Assembly: GCA_964016885.1 (NCBI GenBank)
Contig: OZ024757.1
Span: 26,660,001 to 26,724,000 of the forward strand
DNA length: 64,000 bases
Reading direction: 5' to 3'
DNA from: Eledone cirrhosa
Lineage: Eukaryota
Below, in pieces: positions 15,106 to 27,543 of this stretch (position 1 is its first letter; each line of letters starts with the position of its first letter). Position numbers and translations under genes: made by a program. The notes beneath the pieces are model-generated. The model made no database searches. It was not told where the DNA came from and was given only the letters and a program-made list of their open reading frames with translations.

Positions 15106-15319
15106 GTCACGGCTGCTAAGTCTCGATATGTATACAACACAGCTAATATACAGTGTCGTAGCAACCAGTGAGGTGTGGCCCCATGTCAAAGGTTGCAGTT
15201 GTCAAACAGCTACTGTTACAGTTCACTGGTGTCACTGTCACAGGATGCTGGGGCACTGCTGTGTGACAGGATAATGGGGTACTGCTGTGTCACAGAATGA
15301 TGTATAGGTGTGTTACAAA

Positions 15320-15800
15320 ATTCCTTGGTGCTCGATTGTGTCACACAGCTTCTTGGTGCTCTACCCTGCAGTGTCACATTTCTCCTGGGTGCTCTATTCT
15401 GCAGTGTCACACAGCTCCTTGGTGCTCTACTCTGCAGTGTCACACACTTACTTGGTTCCCTGTCCTGCAGTGTCACACAGCTCCTTGGTGCTCTACCCTG
15501 CAGTGTCACACACTTACTTGGTCCCCTGTCCTGCAGTGTCACATTTCTCCTGGGTGCTCTACTCTACAGTGTCACACACTTACTTGGTTCCCTGTCCTGC
15601 AGTGTCACATTTCTCCTGGGTGCTCTACTCTGCAGTGTCACACACTTACTTAGTTCCCTATCAGGTAGTATCAAAGGATATTGATGTATAGGTGTGTCAC
15701 AAAATTCATTGGTGCACTGTCCTGCTGTGTAACACACTTTCTTATTGCGCTACTCTGGTATGTAACACACCTTCTCGGTCCTCTATCCTGCTGTGTGTCA
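15320..15800. repeat. ~33-36 bp tandem minisatellite
   Basis: Repeated CTGCAGTGTCACA core with a few alternating unit types, degenerating rightwards. Confidence 0.9.
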
Positions 15801-16429
15801 CAACACTTTAATGGGGCCCAAGTTTATCAGCCTCCTTGCAGTGGGACCTAGAAACTAATCACTGATCTCCGAGACCAACTGATATTTAACCCTTTAGCGT
15901 TTAAACCGGCTGTATCTGGCCAGAATTCTCTCACCTCTTTCTGTTCAAACCAGTTGTAACCAGCCACTCATACTGATGTTAAGGTATTGCTCTCAAAATA
16001 AATAATATCAAAATCTCATAGATTTGGTATTATGTGAGATAATTTTGTGAGGTATATATATAATGTAAATGCTAAAGGGTTAAGAAGAGGAGGAAGATTT
16101 TAGTGTTCTGTTCTGATGTGTAACATCTCTTGCTAACCCACTCTGATGTCTTCTTGCTGTAGTTTAGCTCCAGATCAGCCACAACCAAACCATCTTTTGC
16201 TACAGCTAGGTACTACATTAACTAATGCATCCCTTATATTTTTAAGATGGTAGAGGACTATTTGAGGCAGATTTGGCTTCTATTTCTAGCTGGTCAAGCA
16301 ACTGCCTAGATGTGCCGTAGTTTGTTTGTGTTCTAATGTGTGATACACACACACACACATACCTAGTATGTCCTCATCACTTTGTTTGTTGTGTCATATG
16401 TAGATGTCTTTCTCTGTTCATTTCCTGAG

Positions 16430-17947
16430 GTGTCACACACCCCTAGATGTCCTCTCCATTTCTGTCCTGATCTGATGTCACACACACCCCCCTAGATGTC
16501 CTCTCCATTTCTGTCCTGATCTGATGTCACACACACCCCTAGATGTACTCTCCATTTCTGTCCTGATCTGATGTCACACACACACACACCTAGATGTCCG
16601 ATGTCCTCTCCTATCATGTTCCGATGTGTCACACACATCTAGACGTCCTCCCGTCATGTTATACACACCTAGTAAGTCCTCCTCTCTTAACATGTTCCGA
16701 TGTGTCACACACCTAGTTCGTCACACACCCAGTTTGTCACACACCTAGTTTGTCACACACCTAGTTTGTCACACACCTAGTTTGTCACACACCTTAGTTT
16801 GTCACACATTTGTAGGTATTCTATATTCAGGTGTGTCCCAGTTGTGAAACTAAAACATTCCAGTTAGTTTTCTTGTATGTTTACATGTATAAATATGTGT
16901 ATGTATGTGTGGGGACCTGTATGTGTGTATGTATGTGTGGGGATCTGTGTGTGAATGTGTGTGTATGAATGTATATGTGTATGTATGTGTGGGGACCTGT
17001 ATGTGTGTGGGGATGTGTGTGAATGTGTGTGTATGAATGTATATGTGTATGTATGTGTGGGGACCTGTATGTGTGTATGGATGTGTGGGGATCTGTGTGT
17101 GAATGTGTGTGTATGAATGTATGTGTATGTATGTGTGTATGGATGTGTGGGAACCTGTATGTGTGTATGGATGCATTTGTGTATGGTTGTGTGGGGATCT
17201 GTGTGTGAATGTGTGCATGTGTGTGTGTGTGTATGGTTGTGTGGGGGATCTGTGTGAATGTGTGTGTGTGTGTGTATGGTTGTGTGGGGATCTGTGTGTG
17301 AATGTGTGCATGTGTGTGTGTGTATGGTTGTGTGGGGATCTGTGTGTGAATGTGTGCATGTGTGTGTATGGTTGTGTGGGGATCTGTGTGTGAATGTGTG
17401 CTTGTATGTGTGTGTATGGTTGTGTGGGGATCTGTGTGTGAATGTGTGCATGTGTGTGTGTGTGTGTATGGTTGTGTGGGGATCTGTGTGTGAATGTGTG
17501 CATGTGTGTGTGTGTGTGTGTATAGTTGTGTGGGGATCTGTGTGTGAATGTGTGCATGTGTGTGTGTGTGTATGGTTGTGTGGGGATCTGTGTGTGAATG
17601 TGTGCATGTGTGTGTGTGTGTATGGTTATGTGGGGATCTGTGTGTGCATGTGTGTGTGTGTGTGTATGAATGTATATGTGTATGTATGTGTGTGATCAAA
17701 TCAAGAAATCAACTGAAGCAGGCAGAAGGCGGGCATTGACCAGCATAGCTGGGTGTTGGGCTGTGGTTGGGGTCAAATAGTCACACATGATGACACACGG
17801 ACACATACAGAGACAGATAGGAAGACAAATGGGTAAACTATTGCAATAGATGGATGGGAGAGAGAGAGAGAGAGAGAGAAAGGAGATAAGAGAGAGAGAC
17901 AGAAAGGCGAGAGAAAGGGGGGGGGGTGAGAGAAAGAGAGAAAGGCG

Positions 17948-17991
<44 letters not shown>

Positions 17992-18039
17992 GACAGAAAG
18001 GCGAGAGAAGGGGGGGGGTGAGAGAAAGAGAGAAAGGCG

Positions 18040-18079
<40 letters not shown>

Positions 18080-18188
18080 GTGAGAGAGAGAGACAGAGAG
18101 AGTGAGAGAAAGAGACAGAAAGGCGAGAGAGAGAGAGAGAAAGGAGATAAGAGAGAGAGACAGAAAGGCGAGAGAAAGAGAGAAAGGC

Positions 18189-18223
<35 letters not shown>

Positions 18224-18289
18224 CGAGAGAGAGAGTGAGAGAGAGAGACAGAAAGGCGAGAGAGAGAGTGAGAGAGAGAGACAGAAAGG

Positions 18290-18322
<33 letters not shown>

Positions 18323-18360
18323 CGAGAGAAAGGGGGGGATGAGAGAAAGAGAGAAAGGCG

Positions 18361-18395
<35 letters not shown>
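16430..18395. repeat. Cluster of minisatellites (~50-bp and 16-bp CACACCTAG units; ~45-bp GTGGGGATCTG units; AG-rich AGAAAGGCG units)
   Basis: Tandem iterations at 16430-16810, 16890-17690 and 17858-18395. Confidence 0.9.
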
Positions 18396-18400
<5 letters not shown>

Positions 18401-18739
18401 AAGGTGGGTTTGGTGGTGGTGTAGTAGCAACCACAGTGATGATGATGGTGGAGGTGGTAGTAGTGGTGGTGGTGCTCCCAGAAGTGGTAATAATAGTTAT
18501 TGGCAGGCAGCTGTTATTGTAGTGTAGGAGGTAGTAGTAGTAGTGTTGGTAGTAGTAGTAGTGTTGGAGGTAGTAGTAGTGGTAGTGTAGGAGGTGAATT
18601 GGCAGAGTCGTTAGAACATCAGATAGAATGCTTTGCAGAATTTGTCCCAGCTCTCTGAGTTCAAATCCTGTTGAGGTCAACTTCGTCTTTCTCTCTCACA
18701 CACACACACACACCCACACACACACACACACATATATAT

Positions 18740-19074
18740 ATCATCATCATCATTTTACGTCCGCTTTTCCCTGCTTGCAAGGGTGGGACAGGAACTGATT
18801 CTGGCTTGATTTCTACAGCTGGATGCCCTTCCTAACACCAACCTCATTTACAGTGAATGCTGGGTGCTTTTTTGCCGTGGCGCCTACACAGCCACTTTAC
18901 AGTGTGGGCTGGGTGCCTTTTTTGCCATGGCACCTCCACGACCACTTTACAGTGGAATGATAGGGACCCCAGTCACTACAGCTGAGTAAACTGGAGCAAT
19001 GTGAAATAAAGCGTCTTGTTCAAGGAAACAACACATCACCCGGTCTGAGAATTGAACTCACAACCTTTCGATTG

Positions 19075-19076
<2 letters not shown>
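18740..19076 (-). mobile_element. tRNA-derived SINE family A with RTE-type 3' tail
   Basis: Near-identical to 48475-48800 and 52823-53162; (CAT)n tail; partial copy at 25368-25690. Confidence 0.85.
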
Positions 19077-19110
<34 letters not shown>

Positions 19111-19714
19111 TTAGTTATACTATTTATGGTTATGTAAATACAAAACCTTATGCAGTTATAAGTATTTTTTATACACACCCTAAATAGTGGTAGGCAGTAA
19201 TGTATTACTACCTTATGCCACACATAACATTTGCCACACATAACATTTGCCACACATATAACATTTGCACTATATAACCGCTTATCTTCATGTTGTATTT
19301 TAACCTGTATTTTTGATTGTACCTCTTAATCATCATCAACGTTTAACGTCCGTGTTCCACGCTTGTATGGGTTTGGACGGGGTTAGTCCCACTTGAGGCA
19401 AGAGTGATTGTCTTGCTCGCATAGGACTGTCTGGCAGGTTTTCTACAGTTGGATGCCCTTCCTAACACCAACCACATTTACAGTGTGGGTCTGGGAGGTT
19501 TTTACTGTGTTGCCTACACAGCCACATTACAGCGTGGACTGTGTGTTTTTTGTCGTGACACCTACACGATCTCATTTGTTTCGGCCTGGATGGTGTGGCA
19601 CCAACACAACTTTACATAGAACGGGGGTGGCGTGGATGGGGTCGGGGTGGTGGGACGGGGGGGGGGGTATTTTGTTAGAGATGCCTACTGGCTGTAGTAG
19701 GTTTTACTATGTAT

Positions 19715-19960
19715 TTAGGTAAGGCGGGTCTTCTCTGTTACTGAGTACCGCCAAAGGTCTAGGTCCAGTGACATTGTCTTGGAGAGGTGTAAGTGTGTGA
19801 GGTCGGAGTTTATCAGCTCGTCCCAGGTTTTTCTAGGTCTGCCTATTCCGTGGCTACCGTCTATCTTTATTGCCCTGCACTTTGTTATACAGCTATCGAC
19901 TTTCATGCGCATCACGTGTCCATACCAACGTAGCCTTCTCTCGAGTAAACAACATCCGAT
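19715..19960 (-). mobile_element. RTE-clade LINE 3' fragment
   Basis: RRLRWYGHVMRM...GRPRKTWDELINSDL, typical of the RTE ORF C-terminus. Confidence 0.85.
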
Positions 19961-20120
19961 CCCTCTTATTTCTAATTTTTAATTTTATATGAATGTAATC
20001 TCGAAGTGTGTACTGCCACTCTAAATTCTGTAATGAATGTTGACCCACAATATTTGCATATGTATCTGTATGTCTCTTGGCTGAAAAGGAGGTCATATAA
20101 CTGTCCATGCATTAATAAAT

Positions 20121-20167
20121 TGCTCCGAAGAATCCAAACCTCGGTTTGGAGGAAACAGCTGTAAGCA
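20121..20167 (+). ncRNA. Type-I hammerhead ribozyme-like motif (U4>C variant)
   Basis: TGCT-CCGAAGA-A-TCCAAAC(CTCG)GTTTGGA-G-GAAA-CAGCTG-T-A-AGCA: stem I TGCT/AGCA, 7-bp stem II, palindromic stem III, GUA site. Confidence 0.6.
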
Positions 20168-20214
20168 CAATAATGTTTTGAACAGTTCTTTGATTCTTAT
20201 ATTTCATATATTTC

Positions 20215-20246
<32 letters not shown>

Positions 20247-20791
20247 AATGGAAGTTCAGTAGAATCGAAGCTCTGGCTGTGACCAAGCTAACGAATGCAA
20301 TCCGGAATGTGCAGCTAAGCACTCAATAAGGTAGAGTAATAACATATGTTTAGACAGCTTGACAAATTGAAGACTGCCACCGGTGGGCCATCCGCAAGGA
20401 CCAAAGCAACGAGAAAACCAACTCAGGATAATTTGACATATATATCCTTCTTTGTAAGAGCGAGGGACCCCATTTCCATACTATCCTTCTTTGTAAAAAA
20501 ACCCAGCTGTGTTCAGATCTGGAGAGAGGAGATGGGTTCTACCAGGTTTAAAATGCCCAAGACATGCTGGCTGTTATTACATGGCACCCTTACGACTCCA
20601 TCAGGCATTACATGTCCATACATACAGTAGTAGCATTACTGTAGTGGTATTACTAATGGTAGTAGTAGTAGTAGTAGTAATAGTAGTGGTCACAGTAATG
20701 GTGGTGGTAGTAGTAGTAGCTTAGCCCTAGGTCAACAACTGGTCAATCAGATCTAAAATGAAAGACATTCCAGCTATGACCATCCCATGTG

Positions 20792-20832
<41 letters not shown>

Positions 20833-20836
20833 ACAT

Positions 20837-20867
<31 letters not shown>

Positions 20868-21029
20868 GTGTAGATACAGTTACATATGCCAAAGTGTTCT
20901 TTTCTTATTTGAAATGGGAGGGAAATGTGGCTGCTATTTCTGGCAGGTCTAGCAAACATGTAGAAGCTCCTCATTGATATAAGTATTATAGTAATAGTAG
21001 TAGTTGTAGTAGTAGCAGTAGAAGAGTTA

Positions 21030-22430
21030 GTGGTAGATGTGTGGTGGTGATGGGGGCAGTGGGAGAAATGAGGATGGAGGTGGTGGTTGTGTGGTAGTGG
21101 TAGTGATGGTGGCAGTGGTAGTGATAGTGGTGGTGGTTGTGTGGTAGTGGTAGTGATGGTGGCAGTGGTAGTGATAGTGGTGGTGGTTGTGTGGTAGTGG
21201 CAGTGGTGGTGATTGTGGTAGTGATAGTGGTGGTGGTGGTGATTGTGGTAGTGATAGTGGTGGTGGTTGTGTGTTAGTGGTAGTGATGGCGGCAGTGATG
21301 GTGATTGTGGTAGTGATAGTGGTGGTGGTTGTGTGGTAGTGGCAGTGGTGGTGATTGTGGTAGTGATAGTGGAGGTGGTTGTGTGGTAGTGAGGTAATTG
21401 TGGTAGTGGCAGTTGTGGGGTAGTGATGTTGGTAGTGGCAGTTCTGTGGTAGTGGTGGTTGTGTGGTAGTGGCAGTTGTGGGGTAGTGATGTTGGTAGTG
21501 GCAGTTGTGTGGTAGTGGTGGTTGTGTGGTAGTGATGTTGGTAGTGGCAGTTGTGTGGTAGTGGTGGTTGTGTGGTAGTGATGTTGGTAGTGGCAGTTGT
21601 GTGGTAGTGATGTTGGTAGTGGCAGTTGTGGGGTAGTGGTGGTTGTGTGGTAGTGGCAGTTGTGGGGTAGTGATGTTGGTAGTGGCAGTTGTGTGGTAGT
21701 GGTGGTTGTGTGGTAGTGATGTTGGTAGTGGCAGTTGTGTGGTAGTGGTAGTTGTGTGGTAGTGATGTTGGTAGTGGCAGTTGTGTGGTAGTGGCAGTTG
21801 TGTGGTAGTGGTGGTTGTGTGGTAGTGGTGTTGGTGTTGACACCACAGATGAAAGACTGTCAAAGTGGGCTTCAATTCCTGCAGCTGTTGTTGTTACTGT
21901 TGTTGTTGTTGTTAATACTGTTGTTGTTGTTGTTACTGTTGTTGTTATTGTTTATACAGTTTTGTTGTTACTGATGCGGTTGTGGTGATGATAGTAGTGG
22001 CATTAGTAGTGTTATTGATATTGGTGGCTTTAGTAGTGTTAGTGGTAGTGATGGTGAGATGGTGATGGTTGCAGTGGTAGTATTAGAGGTGGTGGTGATG
22101 GTTGCAGTGGTAGTATTAGAGGTTGTGGTGGTGGTGGTGGTGATGGTTGCAGTGGTAGTATTAGAGGTGGTGATGGTTGCAGTGGTAGTATTAGAGGTGG
22201 TGATGGTTGCAGTGGTAGTATTAGAGGTGGTGGTGGTGGTTGCAGTGGTAGTGTTAGAGGTGGTGGTGGTGGTGATGGTTGCAGTGGTAGTGTTAGAGGT
22301 GTTGGTGGTTGCAGTGGTAGTATTAGAGGTGGTGGTGGTGGTTGCAGTGGTAGTATTAGAGAGAGTGTTGGGAGCAGTGGTGGATATATTTGTATTAGAA
22401 GTGATGATGTTGATGGTGGAGGTGGTGGTG
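21030..22430. repeat. GTG/GTA-derived minisatellites
   Basis: Units such as GGTAGTGGCAGTTGTGT and GGTTGCAGTGGTAGTATTAGAGGT. Confidence 0.9.
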
Positions 22431-22623
22431 AAGAGATGTTGACATACAGTATATAATTTGGAAAATGAAAGTAAAGGGTTGCTAGAATGAGGGGTTTAGT
22501 GTGAGGAAAGATATATATAAATATATATGTGTGTGTGTACACATACACACACACATATATATATTTAAACGATGATGATGATATATATGTGTGTATGTGT
22601 ATACATACATATACACACTCACT

Positions 22624-22662
<39 letters not shown>

Positions 22663-22684
22663 GAAAGATATATATATATATATA

Positions 22685-22875
22685 TAATTGTTTCTACTTT
22701 TGGCACAAGGCCAGCAATTACCCAGTACATTACTGGTACTTTATTTTATCGACCCTGTAAGGATGAAAGGCGAAGTTAACCTCGCCGGAATTTGAACTCA
22801 GAATGGCAAGGGCCATAACTCTATACGTCAAAGCATGGCGTCCGACCCTCTACCGATACTGCCAATCCACCGCCC
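22685..22875 (-). mobile_element. tRNA-derived SINE family B
   Basis: tRNA-like head with B box (GAGTTCAAATTCC), central GCCTTTCATCCTTACGGGGTCGATAAAATAAAGTACCAG-type domain, AATT tail. More than 15 full or partial copies in the window. Confidence 0.85.
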
Positions 22876-23094
22876 TATATATATATATATAATGTGTGTG
22901 TTTGTACATACATATACAAATATATATACATATACACAAACATATATAAATATATATATGATGATGGTGATGATAATGATGAGAGAGGACTCTTCAGCTG
23001 AGTCAAAGACATGGCAACCTCCCTAGGGCTGGTTTCATGATAAAATGCTCTTGGTAGACCAAGGGAACGAATGTAAGCAAGGTAATTCATTGAT

Positions 23095-23530
23095 GCTCCA
23101 ACGTCTGGCAATGGACTTGGTAAACACCCACAAAGTTATTAACCATCTCGCCAACAACAACCCTGAGCACCTTTTTGATCTCCATATGTCTAACACACGT
23201 GGACATGCCTACAGAGTCAGAAAACAGCACAGCTCCCATCACTTTCGGAAGTATTTTTTCACGCTTAGAGTTGCTGAAGCATGGAACAAACTGCCTGCGT
23301 CAGTTGTTAGCTGCCGAGACACTGCATCCTTTAAAACCCTCATGCTTCCCGAAATTCGCCAAAACTACACCTCATGTCTCCCTTCCATACACATGCACAC
23401 GTGTATATCATGACTCATGCACTGTTCATTTTCCTGACGTTTGTACATTACCCTATGTACTATACATACACTTTTGATGAGTTGCAGTGCACCTGAGCAC
23501 TGTATACAATATTTTCATTATTATTATTTA
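23095..23530 (+). mobile_element. CR1-clade LINE 3' fragment
   Basis: DLVNTHKVIN...TRGHAYRVRK...RKYFFTLRVAEAWNKLPASVV matches the CR1 ORF2 C-terminus; 3' UTR and (TTA)n tail follow. Confidence 0.85.
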
Positions 23531-23804
23531 TTTTTTATAAATATGAGCCCCTGGCCCGTTTGAGCAGAGGAACGTACCTAGGTAAAATGCAGAGCCCAGC
23601 CTACACTGTACTGTGGTCGTGTAGGTGTCATGACAAAAAGCACCCAGTATTTACTGTAAATGTACACCCTGCTGTAGAAACCAAGCCAATATCAGTTTTG
23701 TATGAGCAAGATATGGTCATCTGACCTGGCATTTCTCACAAAAGAACAACTCATCTAATCCATGCTAGCATGTAAGAATGGACGTTAAATGCTGTTGATG
23801 ATTA

Positions 23805-23842
<38 letters not shown>

Positions 23843-25042
23843 TTATATATATTAAAGGATATAATGGGAAATTCATGTTGATAAAAGCTATAGAATTTCA
23901 TTTCGTATTGATTTTGCTGTTTGATATTATGTTGCCATGGTGCACCAGTGCACAAAATGCACCTCACGTTCAGCTGTACTATCATTCTTATTACTTTATT
24001 TAAATGGCTACAAACTGACATGGTGGTGATGATGTTATGTATTAAAACATTGAATCCAACAAAAGTCTTGGAGCATTCTACAAAGTTCATTTTATTGTGG
24101 CCCCAGAATTATGGAGGCTGCCATGCCCTTGACACAACTGCATGGTCCTCTCAACCCTTTGTTTGGTCAGTTTTCTATAGATGGATGCCCTTCCTGTCAA
24201 CAACCATTTTACTGGGTGTATTGGGTGTGTTTTGTCGTGTGACCAGCACATAAGTATACACGCACACAATTTTTATGTATATAATCACATATATACAGGT
24301 AATTTTTAAACACTACTGCAATCTACCTATCACCAATAACAGTAACTACAACATCAACAACCACCACAACAATAGGCACATCAACAACTACAACAACACC
24401 AACAACAACAACATCAACACACACTACAACAATCACTAGCACAACAACAGCAACAACCACATCACATAACACCACCATCAACACATTAACAACACTATCA
24501 CCAACAACAATCACAAAATTTCTTCTCAAATTCTGAGTCCATTTAAACTTTAAATTACAAAAATGATTTTAGCAGAATAAGGAAAAAGAAGAATAGAAAA
24601 TGGGCTGTTCTTGAGATCCGACCAAGGAAACAATGCTTCCATTGGTCTTTCCACCTTAATTGATACAGTGTGTCAATCGCAACCCCTGATAGTATTTATT
24701 TATATGAACAAATACGTAAACAAATCATCATATATATATATATATATATAGTTCAAGGAAACAACAAAAAGTGGTACAAAAAGTCTTATTAGTTTCACGC
24801 TTTATACAAAAAAGGGAAAGAAAGTTTGACATGTTGGGCTTTAGCTCTTCTTCAGGAGTACAAAAGTAGAGACAGGATTACAAAGGATAGACACAGAAAA
24901 TAAAAGGTAGTCCAAGTAAAATGAGAAAAACCCCCTGAAAATAAAGAGAGTAAACAAGACAAACTGTTAGGAGACAAAGCTGGTGGAGGCATAGCTGAAG
25001 GAGTCCCTAACCCGGAAGGACTGGTCATTGTGATGGAAAAGG

Positions 25043-25319
25043 GTGGTAGTGTGAGCTAGTGCTAAGCGTATGTTGGACTTACGATCATAATGTCGTGGGT
25101 TTGACTCCTAGGCTGGGTTGTGTGTTGTGTTCTTGAGCAAAACACTTCATTTGACGTTGCTCGAGTATACTCAGCTGAAAATGAATACCAGCAATAGCTG
25201 GGGGTTTAACCATGTAATGGACCGGCGTCCTGTCCAGGAGGTAGTCTTGTACTCACAGTCACTACATGCCATGGAAATATGTCTGGCCTGATGAGCCTCC
25301 AAGCTTGAGGCAGACTTTA

Positions 25320-25323
<4 letters not shown>
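25043..25323 (+). mobile_element. tRNA-derived SINE family C
   Basis: Homologous to 48812-49096; tRNA-like head, GATGGACTGGCGTCCCGTCCAG-type motif, AGACTTT tail. Confidence 0.75.
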
Positions 25324-25357
<34 letters not shown>

Positions 25358-25776
25358 CAAGTATATTTCATTTCATTTTACGTCCGCTTTTTCCCTGCTT
25401 GCAAGGGTGAGATGGGAACTGATTCTGGCTTGATTTCTACAGCTGGATGCCCTTCCTAACACCAACCTCATTTACAGTGAGTGCTGGGTGCTTTTTTTTT
25501 CCGTGGCACCTACACGTCCACTTTACAGTGTGGGCTGGGTGCTTTTTTGCCATGGCACCTCCACGACCACTTTGCAGTGGAATGATAGGGACCCCAGTCC
25601 CTATCATTTCATTTCTACAGCTGAATAAACTGGAGCAATGTGAAATAAAGTGTCTTGCTCAAGGAAACAACACATCACCCGGTCTGAGAATTATATATAT
25701 ATGGACAAGTATATATAGGACCATATATATATGTGCAAGTAGGGAAAAGCGGATGTAAAATGATGATATGTGTGAG

Positions 25777-25835
<59 letters not shown>

Positions 25836-25881
25836 GTATCTACCTACGCCTGACTTTTTCTTTTTATTGTTCTATGCACAA

Positions 25882-25974
<93 letters not shown>

Positions 25975-26689
25975 TACATAAACATATATACACATATATA
26001 CATATACATATATACACATATATACATATACACATATATATATATATATATGAATAAATATAAACAACAATAAATCAGAGACAGAAAAAAGGAGGGTGGG
26101 GATGCCATGAGCCACCCCACACTCACCTAAACTCTGTCTATGAAAGGTAAGACTATGTATGTATGATATTATTAAATAGTCTGGCTGGGACTGATTACAA
26201 GAATACAAGAATATATAGACAACTACAATAACAACTACAATAACAACTACAATAACAACTACAATAACAACTACAATAACAACTACAATAACAACTACAA
26301 TAACAACAGCAGCAAAGAGACGAAGCATCAGATTCAGTTCTGCTGTTAGCTAAAGGCAATACTAATAATGGTAATGACAATAATAACAATAAAAACAAAA
26401 GTAATAATATTACTAATAATAACAACAACAACCATACATAATAATAATAATTATGTTTTCTTTTCTCTTTTCTTTTTTTTTTGTTTTCTTTATTAACCAC
26501 AAGGGTTGACACAAAGCATAACATTAAGGACAGTACAATAATAATAACAACAATAATATCAACAATAACAACAACAATAATAACAACAATAATAACAATA
26601 ATAATATCAATAATAACAACAACAACAATAATAATAACTAATAATAATAATATTCATAATTATAATGACAATAAAATAATATCAAAAAT

Positions 26690-27240
26690 AATAATAATGA
26701 TGATGATGATGGTGGTGGTGGTGGTGGTGGTGGTGATGTAATAATGACGATGATGATGTAGTGATGGTGATGATGTAGTAATTATGATGGTGATGAAGAT
26801 GTGATGGTGATGGTGGTGGTGGTGGTGATGAAGATGTAATGATGATGGTGGTGGTGGTGGTGGTGATGAAGATGTAATGATGATGGTGGTGGTGGTGATG
26901 AAGATGTAATGATGATGGTGGTGGTGGTGGTGGTGGTGGTGGTGGTGAAGATGTAATGATGATGGTGGTGGTGGTGGTGGTGATGAAGATGTAATGATGA
27001 TGGTGGTGGTGGTGGTGGTGGTGATGAAGATGTAATGATGATGGTGGTGGTGGTGATGAAGATGTAATGATGATGGTGGTGATGAAGATATGATGGTGAT
27101 GAAGATGTAATGATGATGGTGATGGTGGTGGTGGTGATGAAGATGTAATGATGATGGTGATGGTGGTGGTGGTGATGAAGATGTAATGATGATGATGGTG
27201 GTGGTGGTGGTGGTGAAGATGTGATGATGATGATGATAAC
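26690..27240. repeat. (GAT/GGT)n minisatellite with GAAGATGTAAT core
   Basis: Tandem iterations. Confidence 0.9.
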
Positions 27241-27474
27241 TAACAATAATCTCGAGGCAACAGAGAGAACACCAACACTAGACATTTTTCGATTATTTAC
27301 CTTAATTTCTGTTAATGGAACTTACATAGATTTCCAATATGATCGTTATTGATATGGTGGTGATGGGGTTAATGGTAGGGAGGTGTGGAAGAGGTGGTGT
27401 TGGGGGGGCGACAACTTTACTTTTCAGTACAACACAGTCAATAAAACAAACACCAATAATATTGATGTATATAC

Positions 27475-27539
<65 letters not shown>

Positions 27540-27543
27540 CATA

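Noticed and set aside
14603-15274. Mucin-like poly-Thr and poly-Val ORFs
   Set aside because: Trinucleotide repeat open in multiple frames, with no domain or convincing exon boundaries.
15320-15660. CRISPR-like repeat/spacer appearance
   Set aside because: The apparent spacers are themselves repeated variants, there are no cas genes, and the context is eukaryotic; it is a minisatellite. The same applies to 51110-51435.
21274-21885. His/Thr-rich ORF following a possible acceptor
   Set aside because: Body is a GTG/GTA minisatellite open in several frames, and there is no pyrimidine tract.
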